Position numbers and translations under genes: made by a program. DNA of 46,577 nt from Candidatus Krumholzibacteriales bacterium. GTDB lineage: Bacteria; Krumholzibacteriota; Krumholzibacteriia; Krumholzibacteriales; WJIX01. Every line of letters starts with the position of its first letter. Positions within the stretch are counted from its first letter, which is position 1. The stretch is from positions 1-46,577 of the forward strand of contig JAWODM010000027.1 of assembly GCA_046483305.1 (NCBI GenBank), read 5' to 3'. The notes under the pieces were generated by a model. The model searched no databases, was not told the origin of the DNA, and saw only the letters and a program-made list of their open reading frames with translations. Below are positions 37,775 to 46,577 of the stretch, in pieces.

Positions 37775-39031
37775 ATGCATTATTCTATTAAGATAGCGCT
37801 GAGGCACCTGCGGACCAAGAAACGGAGCGGTTTCGTCTCCAGGGTCACCATGATGGCGATCGGGGGCACCTTCGTCGGTGTGGCCACCCTGATTATCGTG
37901 CTGTCGCTGATGAACGGCTTCGAGGAGGAACTCAGAGACAGGATAGTGGAATTCAATACCCACGCCCTGGTCTTCGCCAGGACCGAGGGGGCCTGGGAGA
38001 GTATGGATTCGGTGTCAACCAGAGTGAAGACCCTTCCCGAGGTGGTATATACATCGCCGTTCATAAGGGGAGAGGCGCTGACCTATTACGAACTGGTCCC
38101 GGGAGTCCGGGCCAAGATAAAGGGAGTAATAGTTAAGGGTGTCGACATAGAGAAGGAAAGAAACGTCTCCGCTGTTATCGACTCCTTCAAGCCGCCGGTG
38201 AAGAGTTTCGATATCGAATGGTATGGGGAGGGTGAGGACCTGCCGGGAGTGGTCCTGGGCGAGGACCTGGCCAGGATGCTCCATGTAACCATAGGGGAAA
38301 AGCTTACCCTGGTGAGCGCTCCCACCGATATGAAGGCGGGCGAGATGAAGCCTCTTACCAGGGATTTCCGGATGATAGGTTCCTTCAAGACAGGCGTATA
38401 CGAATTCGACTCCAGGTTCGTTTATATTGGCATCTCCGAGGCCGCTTCGTTCTTTGATTTCGAGGGTTCCACCAGGGGTATCGGAATAAAACTGAAGGAT
38501 ATATACAGGGCTGACGAGGTGGACGGCCTGATCGGGGAGATGCTTCATTCCTACAAGTACGGCACCAACAACTGGATAAATATGAACAGGAACCTGTTCA
38601 GTTATATCAAGGTGGAAAAGATCCTGATGTTTCTGCTCCTGACCCTGATAATAATGGTCGCCGGGTTCAACCTGATCGGGATGCTCACCATGGTGATCAT
38701 GGAGAAGAGAAGCGAGATAGGTATACTTCGATCCATGGGCGCCTCCAGCGGGGGGATCATGTCGATATTCATGATAGAGGGTACCGTGATAGGGGTTATA
38801 GGTACCGTTCTTGGTATCTGCGGAGGCCTGGCGGTTTCCGCCATACTGAAAACCATCCATATAGACCTGCCGCCGGATGTATACTTCATCAGCACCCTGC
38901 CGGTTCTGATAAAGAGTTCGGATATCCTGCTTATAAGCGCCGCCTCCATGGCAATATCATTTATCGCAACTATTTACCCCAGCTGGGAGGCCTGCCGGGT
39001 TATGCCGCTGGATGCGATCAGGTATGAGTGA
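37775..39031 (+). CDS. lolE: Lipoprotein-releasing ABC transporter permease LolC/E
   Basis: GVATLIIVLSLMNGFE, MEKRSEIGILRSMGA, DVYFISTLP, ATIYPS. Confidence 0.88.
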   Translation: MHYSIKIALRHLRTKKRSGFVSRVTMMAIGGTFVGVATLIIVLSLMNGFEEELRDRIVEFNTHALVFARTEGAWESMDSVSTRVKTLPEVVYTSPFIRGEALTYYELVPGVRAKIKGVIVKGVDIEKERNVSAVIDSFKPPVKSFDIEWYGEGEDLPGVVLGEDLARMLHVTIGEKLTLVSAPTDMKAGEMKPLTRDFRMIGSFKTGVYEFDSRFVYIGISEAASFFDFEGSTRGIGIKLKDIYRADEVDGLIGEMLHSYKYGTNNWINMNRNLFSYIKVEKILMFLLLTLIIMVAGFNLIGMLTMVIMEKRSEIGILRSMGASSGGIMSIFMIEGTVIGVIGTVLGICGGLAVSAILKTIHIDLPPDVYFISTLPVLIKSSDILLISAASMAISFIATIYPSWEACRVMPLDAIRYE

Positions 39032-39098
39032 GCTGGTGGCCCCTCCTGATTTTCTTGCATTGAAATCGCTAAACAGGTAACTTTAAATCAGAGGCGTT

Positions 39099-39776
39099 AT
39101 GAGTATAATAACAGCTGCAAATATAGAAAAATCATACCAGCGAAGAGACCGCACCATAGAGGTTCTCAAAGGGATAGACTTCTCCGCTGAAGAGGGAGAG
39201 GTAGTGGTAATCTATGGCGTTTCCGGGGCGGGAAAGAGCACTCTTCTTCATATCCTGGGCACCCTGGACCTTCCCACCGCCGGCGAACTTGAAGTATGCG
39301 GAGAGAAGCCTCTGGAATGTTCCGGCAGCCGGCTGAACGATATCAGGAACCGGTATTTCGGGTTTGTCTTCCAGTTCCACTACCTGCTTAAGGAATTCAG
39401 CGCCCTGGAGAACGTAATGATGCCGGGGATGCTTAACAGGAGAACCGATGACGGTACCGGGGAGCGGGCCCGGATGCTCCTGGATGAGGTAGGAATGTCC
39501 CACCGCAGCACTCACCGCCCTGCGGAGCTCTCGGGGGGAGAGAAGCAGAGGGTGGCGGTGGCCAGGGCCCTGATGAACGAGCCGGCGATAGTGCTGGCCG
39601 ATGAGCCCTCCGGGAACCTGGACGATAAGAACAGCGACCAGCTTCACGCCCTGATAATGCGCCTGAGCAGAGAAAAGAAGCAGACATTTGTAATAGTAAC
39701 GCACGAGAAGAAACTGATCAGCGAGGCGGACAGGTCCTTCGTCCTGGAGGACGGCCTCCTGTTCGAAAGGGGTTAG
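39099..39776 (+). CDS. lolD: Lipoprotein-releasing ABC transporter ATP-binding protein LolD
   Basis: GVSGAGKST, GFVFQFHYLL, LSGGEKQRVAVARAL, ADEPSGNLD. Confidence 0.9.
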   Translation: MSIITAANIEKSYQRRDRTIEVLKGIDFSAEEGEVVVIYGVSGAGKSTLLHILGTLDLPTAGELEVCGEKPLECSGSRLNDIRNRYFGFVFQFHYLLKEFSALENVMMPGMLNRRTDDGTGERARMLLDEVGMSHRSTHRPAELSGGEKQRVAVARALMNEPAIVLADEPSGNLDDKNSDQLHALIMRLSREKKQTFVIVTHEKKLISEADRSFVLEDGLLFERG

Positions 39777-39787
39777 AAAAAGCTGCA

Positions 39788-40306
39788 ATGCTCTGTCAGA
39801 TCTGCAAGAAGAGAGAGGCGACCATCCACTTCACCAACGTGGTGGGAAGCGATGTCCAGAAGATACACCTCTGCAAGTACTGCGCCGAGGAGAAGGGTTT
39901 CGATTACCTGAAGAAGAGCAATATCGAAAAGAGCGACCTGCTCTCCGGTCTGATAGATTCATCGCTCGGCGAAGGAGCCGGGACTGAAAAGGGAGACCGG
40001 TGCGGAAACTGCGGAATGAAATACTCTTCCTTCAAGAAGAACGGAGTGCTGGGATGCTCGCACTGCTACGAAAAATTCGACAGGCATCTTCACCCGCTGC
40101 TCAGGTCTATTCACGGCAATACCAGGCACACCGGGAAGGTTCCGCCCAGGTTCATGAACGAAGTCAGCGGAAAGAGAAAGATATTGTCTCTCAGAGAAGA
40201 ACTGGATAAGGTGATCGCCGAGGAGAACTACGAGAGGGCCGCGGAGATAAGAGACGAGATCAGGGAGCTGGAAAAGGAGAAAGAGGCCGAACGTGATGAA
40301 GGGTAA
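39788..40306 (+). CDS. mcsA: McsA, activator of protein arginine kinase (UVR domain)
   Basis: Four CxxC motifs, IHG...HTGKVP, ENYERAAEIRDEI UVR motif. Confidence 0.92.
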   Translation: MLCQICKKREATIHFTNVVGSDVQKIHLCKYCAEEKGFDYLKKSNIEKSDLLSGLIDSSLGEGAGTEKGDRCGNCGMKYSSFKKNGVLGCSHCYEKFDRHLHPLLRSIHGNTRHTGKVPPRFMNEVSGKRKILSLREELDKVIAEENYERAAEIRDEIRELEKEKEAERDEG

Positions 40307-41348
40307 TTTTGAAAAACTGGTTTCCACCCCCGCCGAATGGCTGGTCAACGGCCTTCCATCTGGCGACATAGTGCTCTGCAGCAGGGTACGCCTTGCCAGG
40401 AACCTGGAAGGCAAGAAATTCACCCATGTCTCCAACAGGAAGGTCCTCGGCGGGATACGGGAGACTGTGAAAGAGGCCATACTGGATACAGATTATCTCG
40501 AAAACGGCATTGCCATCAATGTGGACGAGATTTCGGAGTCCCAGCGGATGGTCCTGGCAGAGAGAAGGCTGATATCTCAGGAAATGGTAATGCATTACGA
40601 CGACAGGGCTCTGATCGCCTCCGAGGATGAAAAACTGGGAGTGATGATAAACGAAGAGGACCACCTGCGGCTCTATTCCATAGGAGCCGGCCTGAAACTG
40701 GAGAATGTCAGCAAGGTACTGAACGACCTGGATGACCAGCTGAGCGTGCGGCTCAATTTCGCCTTCTCGCCGGCTCTGGGTTACCTGACCGCATGTCCCA
40801 CCAATGTGGGCACCGGAATGAGAGTATCATCTCTTCTTCATCTTCCAGGCCTGGTGCACAACAATGATATCAGGAAGGTCGTTGACGGGATGAGGCATGT
40901 AAGACTTTCAGTAAGAGGAACTTACGGTGAAGGGAGCGAGGTCATAGGCAACTTCTTCCAGATCTCCAACAGTATCACCCTGGGGCTCTCCGAATCGGAG
41001 ACCATCAGGAACATGGAGGGGCAGATCGGGAAGGTGATAGAGTTCGAGAAGAGAGCAAGGGATAAATTGCTTAAAGAGGCACGCACTTTGCTTGAAGATA
41101 AGGTAAGCAGGTCCCTGGGCATTCTCAGAAGCGCCCGCCTCATCGATTCAAAAGAGGCGATGAAACTGCTTTCCGACGTTAGACTGGGTGTGGGGATGGA
41201 TTTGATTTCAGAAGTTAAGATGAATGTATTGAATGAACTGATGATAAGTATTCAGCCGATGCACCTGCAGATGTTCAACCACCAGGCCCTTGACCCCGAG
41301 CAGAGGGATATCGCCAGGGCTGATCACCTGAGAGAGGTGCTGAAGTAG
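40293..41348 (+). CDS. mcsB: Protein arginine kinase McsB
   Basis: SRVRLARN, INEEDHLR, GYLTACPTNVGTGMR, FQISN. Confidence 0.94.
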   Translation: MMKGNFEKLVSTPAEWLVNGLPSGDIVLCSRVRLARNLEGKKFTHVSNRKVLGGIRETVKEAILDTDYLENGIAINVDEISESQRMVLAERRLISQEMVMHYDDRALIASEDEKLGVMINEEDHLRLYSIGAGLKLENVSKVLNDLDDQLSVRLNFAFSPALGYLTACPTNVGTGMRVSSLLHLPGLVHNNDIRKVVDGMRHVRLSVRGTYGEGSEVIGNFFQISNSITLGLSESETIRNMEGQIGKVIEFEKRARDKLLKEARTLLEDKVSRSLGILRSARLIDSKEAMKLLSDVRLGVGMDLISEVKMNVLNELMISIQPMHLQMFNHQALDPEQRDIARADHLREVLK

Positions 41349-41388
41349 AAGGGTCAGTATTTTTAAAGATAAAAGGTGAGAGTGAGAT

Positions 41389-43839
41389 ATGAACGACAAG
41401 TTTACAGAAAGAGTCAGGAAGGTTATCTACCTAGCCCGGGACGAAGCGAACCGGCTCCAGCACGAATATATCGGAACCGAGCATATTCTTCTGGGGATCG
41501 TACGCGAGGGAGAGGGAATCGCGGCCAGGGTTCTGAAGAAGATGGGGCTCAGCCTCGAGCAGATACAGAAGGCGATAGAGAACATCGTACACCCCACCGG
41601 AGATACCCTGACCCTGGGCGAGATACCTCTTACTCCCAGGGCAAAGAGGATCCTGGAGCTCTCGGTGGAGGAGGCGCGGCTTCTTAACCATAACTACGTG
41701 GGTACCGAGCATCTCCTGCTGGGCCTGATCAGAGAGGGCGAGGGAGTGGCCGCAAGAGTGCTCTTGGAACTTGGAGTGGACCGGAAGAAGGTCAGGAACG
41801 AGCTGATGCGGATATTGCAGTCGGCGGGCGGGGCGCGTTACGGCAAGAAGGCCAAGGCCAAGACTGAAACCCCCAACCTGGACCAGTTCGGGCGCGACCT
41901 GACCCAGATGGCCAGAGACAACAAGCTGGACCCGATTATAGGGCGGGAGAACGAGATAGACAGGATCGTTCAGGTCCTCTGCCGGAGAAAGAAGAACAAC
42001 CCGGTCCTGATAGGAGAGCCGGGAGTGGGCAAGACCGCCATCATAGAGGGGCTGGCCCAGAAGATAGTCAACAACCAGATACCGGGCCTTCTCAAGGACC
42101 GCAGGATAACCACCCTGGACCTCTCCTCGGTGGTTGCCGGAACCAAGTACCGGGGGCAGTTCGAGGAGCGCCTGAAGACCATCATCAACGAGATCAGGGA
42201 TAACGACGAAGTTATTATATTCATAGACGAGATCCATACCATCGTGGGCGCGGGCGGAGCCGAGGGAGCCATAGACGCATCCAACATGCTCAAACCGGCC
42301 CTGGCCAGGGGAGAGATACAGTGTATCGGGGCAACCACCCTGGACGAGTACCGGAAGCATATAGAGAAAGACGGGGCCCTGGAGAGGCGCTTCCAGTCCA
42401 TTATGATTTCGCCGCCCACCGAGAAGGAAACAGTACAGATAATCATGGGCCTCAGGGACAAGTACGAAGCCCACCACCGGACCAAGTTCAGCAGGGAGGC
42501 GATAGAGCAGGCGGTATACCTCTCACAGCGTTACATCCAGGGCCGCTTCCTCCCCGACAAGGCGATCGATATAATCGACGAGGCAGGCGCCAGAGCCAGG
42601 CTTTCCACATCCACAGCCCCGGAAGAGCACACCGAGCTGGAGGAGGAAATCGAAAGAATCACCAAGGAAAAGGAATCTGCCATCCAGGCGCAGGAGTTCG
42701 AGAAGGCGGCCTCCTTCCGCGACAAGGAGAAGGAGCTGAAAAAGAAGCTGGAAGAGATGAGAAGAGAGTGGCAGGAGAGCAGCCGGGAGAGCAAATCGGT
42801 GGTAACGGTGAAGGATATCTCCGATGTGGTTTCGAATATCACCGGCATACCGGTAGCCGACGTGGAAGAGGAAGAGACCATCAAGCTGCTCAACCTCGAG
42901 GATGAGCTCAGAAAGAGAGTGGTCGGACAGGAGAACGCCCTCAAGGCGGTAGCCAAGGCGGTCAGAAGAAACCGGGCCGGGCTGCGCGACCCCAAGCGCC
43001 CCATTGGCTCGTTCATATTCCTGGGCCCGACCGGAGTGGGCAAGACAGAGCTGGCCAAGACCCTCTCGGCGGCGCTGTTCGAAAACGAAGAAGCGCTGAT
43101 TCAGATAGATATGTCAGAGTACATGGAGAAGTTCGCGGTCTCCCGCCTGGTGGGAGCCCCCCCGGGATACGTAGGGTACGAAGAGGGCGGACAGCTGACC
43201 GAGAAGGTCAGAAGAAAGCCTTATTCGGTAATACTCCTTGATGAGATTGAGAAGGCCCACCCGGATGTATTCAATATTCTGCTTCAGATCTTTGAAGAGG
43301 GGGCGATCACAGACTCCTTCGGCAGGAAGATCGATTTCAAGAACGCCGTGATCATCATGACCTCCAACGTCGGCGTTAAAGAGGTCAAGGGCAAGAAGGG
43401 CCTTGGGTTCGTGGCCAGCGAGGATATCGAGGAATCCGGCTACGATCACATGAAGAACAAGATCATGGAGGCGACCAAGAAGATATTCAACCCCGAGTTC
43501 ATCAACCGTCTCGACGAGCTGGTAGTATTCCGCCAGCTGAACAAGGAAGACCTGATGCAGATCATTGACATTCTGCTAAGAGACCTTTACAGCAGGCTGG
43601 AAGCCCAGAAGATAGAATTCGAGATATCCCAGGAGGCCAAGGAGCTGATCCTGGAGAACGGCTATGACCCCAAACTCGGCGCCAGGCCTCTGAAGAGGGC
43701 GATTCAGCGCCTGCTGGAGAACCCGCTCAGCGAGGAGCTCCTGGCCGGCCATATCAACAAGGAAGAGAAGCTGATAATCACCGCCAATAAGGAAGAGAAC
43801 AGACTGGCCTTCAGGAGCGAGCAGAAGAGCGCATCGTAA
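41389..43839 (+). CDS. clpC: ATP-dependent Clp protease ATP-binding subunit ClpC
   Basis: Double Clp-N domain, two AAA modules (GEPGVGKT, GPTGVGKT), UVR middle domain, LGF ClpP-docking loop. Confidence 0.96.
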   Translation: MNDKFTERVRKVIYLARDEANRLQHEYIGTEHILLGIVREGEGIAARVLKKMGLSLEQIQKAIENIVHPTGDTLTLGEIPLTPRAKRILELSVEEARLLNHNYVGTEHLLLGLIREGEGVAARVLLELGVDRKKVRNELMRILQSAGGARYGKKAKAKTETPNLDQFGRDLTQMARDNKLDPIIGRENEIDRIVQVLCRRKKNNPVLIGEPGVGKTAIIEGLAQKIVNNQIPGLLKDRRITTLDLSSVVAGTKYRGQFEERLKTIINEIRDNDEVIIFIDEIHTIVGAGGAEGAIDASNMLKPALARGEIQCIGATTLDEYRKHIEKDGALERRFQSIMISPPTEKETVQIIMGLRDKYEAHHRTKFSREAIEQAVYLSQRYIQGRFLPDKAIDIIDEAGARARLSTSTAPEEHTELEEEIERITKEKESAIQAQEFEKAASFRDKEKELKKKLEEMRREWQESSRESKSVVTVKDISDVVSNITGIPVADVEEEETIKLLNLEDELRKRVVGQENALKAVAKAVRRNRAGLRDPKRPIGSFIFLGPTGVGKTELAKTLSAALFENEEALIQIDMSEYMEKFAVSRLVGAPPGYVGYEEGGQLTEKVRRKPYSVILLDEIEKAHPDVFNILLQIFEEGAITDSFGRKIDFKNAVIIMTSNVGVKEVKGKKGLGFVASEDIEESGYDHMKNKIMEATKKIFNPEFINRLDELVVFRQLNKEDLMQIIDILLRDLYSRLEAQKIEFEISQEAKELILENGYDPKLGARPLKRAIQRLLENPLSEELLAGHINKEEKLIITANKEENRLAFRSEQKSAS

Positions 43840-43877
43840 CCTGAGTTCTATTCCTAATTCAGATACATGAAAAATAT

Positions 43878-43910
43878 CGGGCTGGGGCAGTAAACTCTCA
43901 GCCCGTTTTA
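43878..43910 (+). terminator. Intrinsic terminator after clpC
   Basis: CGGGCTGGGG...TCTCAGCCCG stem followed by TTTTA. Confidence 0.7.
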
Positions 43911-43943
43911 TGTAAGTATAATTCAGTATAATTCAATATCCCG

Positions 43944-43972
43944 TTGACAATCAGGCCTTTAGTTGGCATAAT
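43944..43972 (+). promoter_or_regulatory. Sigma70 promoter for the Cys-rich lipoprotein
   Basis: TTGACA-N17-CATAAT with extended TG. Confidence 0.65.
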
Positions 43973-44007
43973 ATCAATATGGGACCCCAGAGAGGGACGG
44001 AGACAGA

Positions 44008-45282
44008 ATGAAATCCAGATTTCTTTTATTAGCGGCGGTTTTTGTTCTTATTGTGCCTGCCGGATGCAGCGAAGAAAAGCCCTCCGAACCTGAACAGCAG
44101 CTGGAAGAAGACCCTGTCGCGGCCCTGGTGCAATATCAGGGATGCAAGACTGACAAGGATGTGGGAAAATACCCGGAAGTATCTCCGGACCAGGACTGCG
44201 TGGAATACAGTTACAATCCGGATCAGGAAACACTCGAATTAAACCATATCAACGCCGGATTCAATTGCTGCCCTGGCGAGATTACCGCCGATATCAGTAT
44301 CAATGGCGATACCATATCGATAGTGGAAAATGAAAGCGAATACGGCTGCAAATGCCTCTGCCTGTTCGATCTCGCTTACCGGATCGAAGACCTTGCCCCC
44401 GGAATTTATACAATAAGTATCACGGAACTGTACCTGGAAGAGGGCGACCAGCCGGTGGAGTTTACCGTTGACCTGGAAAATCAGCAGTCCGGGAAGGAAT
44501 GCTTTGACAGGGACCACTATCCCTGGAACAACGGCTATTACTCTGAAGAGCCGCAGGGATTCCTGACTGACTACACCGGATGCAAGACTGTTGTTACAGA
44601 CATATCCGATACCGAAGTGCCTCCCTGCCTGGACTGCGCGGAGTGCTTCTATTCAAACAATATCCTCTATATCAATCACATCAACGCGGGGTTCAACTGC
44701 TGCCCGGAAGCAATAGTGTCTGAGATACATATAGTGGGAGACACCATAAGGATACGAGAGTGGGAGACCGAGGGGCTCTGCGACTGCCTCTGCCTGTTCG
44801 ATCTGAAGTATGAGATCAGGAATATCGAAACGGGAACCTACACGGTTGTATTTGATGAACAGTATCTCTGTGAAGGCGACGACCCGCTAACCTTCCAGAT
44901 TACGCTGCCGACATTGCCCAACTTCTGCTTCTGCGAAGAGCGGACCTGCTACCCCTGGGAGACATCGTACTCGGAAGAGAACGACCAGGAGCGGCTTTCA
45001 AAGATGGAGGATCTTATCGAAGAGCTTCGAACGCCTGCGGTCTGCAGCGGCGACAGCGACTGCCTCGCTCTGCCATACGGCGACAAGCCCTGCGGTGGGC
45101 CGAAGAAGTATATAGCCGCTTCCGCGGCAACAGAGGATTTCAACCGCCTGGTTCCGGCGCTATGCGTTTACAACAGCTTCGATGAAGTGGTCAACCGGAG
45201 GTACAATTATGTCTCCGACTGCATGTTCGTTGTCAAACCTGAGGTTGAATGTATTGACGGGTACTGCAGAGTAGTGAAGTAG
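44008..45282 (+). CDS. Cys-rich lipoprotein with two tandem NAGFNCC/CxCLCLFD domains and a KPCGGP C-terminal domain
   Basis: Lipobox PAG-C; internal repeats 44140-44526 and 44578-44958; 29 Cys. Confidence 0.85.
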   Translation: MKSRFLLLAAVFVLIVPAGCSEEKPSEPEQQLEEDPVAALVQYQGCKTDKDVGKYPEVSPDQDCVEYSYNPDQETLELNHINAGFNCCPGEITADISINGDTISIVENESEYGCKCLCLFDLAYRIEDLAPGIYTISITELYLEEGDQPVEFTVDLENQQSGKECFDRDHYPWNNGYYSEEPQGFLTDYTGCKTVVTDISDTEVPPCLDCAECFYSNNILYINHINAGFNCCPEAIVSEIHIVGDTIRIREWETEGLCDCLCLFDLKYEIRNIETGTYTVVFDEQYLCEGDDPLTFQITLPTLPNFCFCEERTCYPWETSYSEENDQERLSKMEDLIEELRTPAVCSGDSDCLALPYGDKPCGGPKKYIAASAATEDFNRLVPALCVYNSFDEVVNRRYNYVSDCMFVVKPEVECIDGYCRVVK

Positions 45283-45404
45283 CCAGAGCGGCATATCAGT
45301 CAGATATTCAGGGTACTTAATGATAATAACAGTATTTCTTAATTATCATATTGTTTATTAAGAATTCGGTTGTTGAGTTATTTTAAGACCTGGCAGCCGG
45401 GTTC

Positions 45405-46490
45405 TTATGGTTCCCGGCTTCTGCAGCTTTCAATATGGTTTTTCCCGAACTCCCTCTCCGCCATCAGCCGGTTATGCCTGGCGCACAATAATCTCAGGTT
45501 CTCCGGCGAGTTGTCCCCGCCCCTGGCATATGGAATTATATGATCGTACTGCAGGTTCCAGGTGGAGTTGCACCTTCTGCCGTTCTTACTTACAAAGCTG
45601 CACCTGCCGCCGTCTCTTTTATATACCAGATCCTTAATTCTCTGGGGTATGTGCCGGGTATGGGTGGCTTGTGCCTTTTCCGGCACCGGATTTTTAATAA
45701 CCCTTCTCTCCGGATCGTTATTATCCAGATATTCTTCCAGGAGCTCATCGAAAAGTAGCTCCAGGTTAATTCCCTTCGGATGCCTGGTGGAAAGGAGAGA
45801 TTTTGCCTTTTTCAGCTTATTCATGAAATCCTTGCTCGCGCTGAATCTGACCTCGAACCTTCTCTCTACCTCCAGCTTTTTTTCGCTGCTCCCGACGTCG
45901 GGAGTAGAGCTGGCCTGTTTTTCAGATTTAACAGATTTTTTACGCTCAGAGCTACTCCCACCGGTGGGAGTAGATTGAACTTCTGCAGTTTTCCTGAAAA
46001 CGCACACAGGGCGGACTCTGTCTCTGATCACTTTCTGCGGGTTCATACCTGAGATCAGCATCTCTACATCTCTCCTGGACCTGTTTCTGATCTTTTCCAG
46101 AATATCCTGATAATTACTATCATCAAGAATGCCGCTGACCATAGAAAGGGTAGTGATATTAATTTCTCCTGATTGAAGCAAAAGAGCTGCTTCAGGATAT
46201 CTGCCCATGCACCTGGCCGCCTTGATCCTCCGGCAGGCGCTTGACCTTGAATACCTTAAATGCTTCGTGCAGAAATCAAACATCGAGCTGAAGCCGAGCT
46301 CAAGATATAACCTTCTTCTGTCAATCTCTCTTAAATAAAACAGGATCCTGACTTTGAGCTTTCTCTCCCTGTCATTAAGATTACAGAGCTCGCTCAGGAG
46401 CTGCTTATTATCATAACTCTGAAGCTCCGCCCTGAAAAATCTGATGCTTTCTATCTCTGCTGAAATCCCTTCTGATACCTGGACGCTCAC
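45405..46490 (-). CDS. HNH endonuclease with long N-terminal helical domain (stand-alone, possibly mobile family)
   Basis: RHIP...RDGGRC...C...DHIIPYARGGDNSPENLRLLCARHN; N-terminal YLELGFSSMFDFC...RRIKAAR; GGGAGG SD before GTG. Confidence 0.9.
   Translation of the reverse strand: MSVQVSEGISAEIESIRFFRAELQSYDNKQLLSELCNLNDRERKLKVRILFYLREIDRRRLYLELGFSSMFDFCTKHLRYSRSSACRRIKAARCMGRYPEAALLLQSGEINITTLSMVSGILDDSNYQDILEKIRNRSRRDVEMLISGMNPQKVIRDRVRPVCVFRKTAEVQSTPTGGSSSERKKSVKSEKQASSTPDVGSSEKKLEVERRFEVRFSASKDFMNKLKKAKSLLSTRHPKGINLELLFDELLEEYLDNNDPERRVIKNPVPEKAQATHTRHIPQRIKDLVYKRDGGRCSFVSKNGRRCNSTWNLQYDHIIPYARGGDNSPENLRLLCARHNRLMAEREFGKNHIESCRSREP
45886..45973. repeat. Two related 22-bp palindromes 66 bp apart inside the HNH linker
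   Basis: CTGCTCCCGACGTCGGGAGTAG (45886-45907, one G-T pair) and CTACTCCCACCGGTGGGAGTAG (45952-45973, perfect). Confidence 0.9.
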
Positions 46491-46503
46491 AGCGCACCTC
46501 CCT

Positions 46504-46518
46504 TTACTTAAAACCCAT
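46504..46518 (-). other. 4-codon upstream ORF (MGFK) abutting the HNH ribosome-binding site
   Basis: AAGGGGGG-ACGCT-ATG GGT TTT AAG TAA followed directly by AGGGAGGTGCGCT-GTG. Confidence 0.5.
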
Positions 46519-46540
46519 AGCGTCCCCCCTTATGTCAGCT

Positions 46541-46549
46541 ATTATAACA
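46541..46549 (-). promoter_or_regulatory. Extended -10 promoter for uORF-HNH
   Basis: Minus strand TGTTATAAT. Confidence 0.55.
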
Positions 46550-46577
46550 TACCTTTCCGGGGCGGCTGAGGATCGCT

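Noticed and set aside
41349..41388. CtsR box upstream of clpC (GGTCAGTA)
   Set aside because: Single partial heptad, no tandem repeat.
45885..45974. Possible mini-CRISPR (24-bp repeat, 42-bp spacer, 66-bp period)
   Set aside because: Only two units, their centres differ, they lie in frame inside a CDS, and no cas genes or leader are present; reported as palindromes instead.

Overview
Bacterial chromosomal window, about 50% GC by eye and almost entirely on the + strand. It comes from a diderm organism that looks like an FCB-group candidate phylum (Krumholzibacteriota/Latescibacterota-like; an inference from gene content). The housekeeping backbone is rpmF-plsX-fabH-fabD-fabG-acpP-fabF-rnc, TPR/LolB-like/ECF sigma/anti-sigma, efp-accB-pilT-accC, a comB-thiE fusion, ftsK-rimO, and bamD-nadD-polA-coaE-prfB(+1 frameshift)-lysS-lolE-lolD-mcsA-mcsB-clpC. 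Accessory islands are interspersed: (i) a CxxCH lipoprotein plus FadL/PorV-like beta-barrel pair, divergent from a tandem array of four paralogous CxxCW lipoproteins, the last frameshifted in an A7 tract; (ii) a secreted metzincin with a T9SS/FlgD-like C-terminal domain; (iii) a Cys-rich, internally duplicated lipoprotein; and (iv) a stand-alone HNH endonuclease with two covarying 22-bp in-frame palindromes in its linker and a 4-codon uORF. No tRNA, rRNA, CRISPR array or transposase was recognised. All calls come from reading motifs by eye; no database searches were run.
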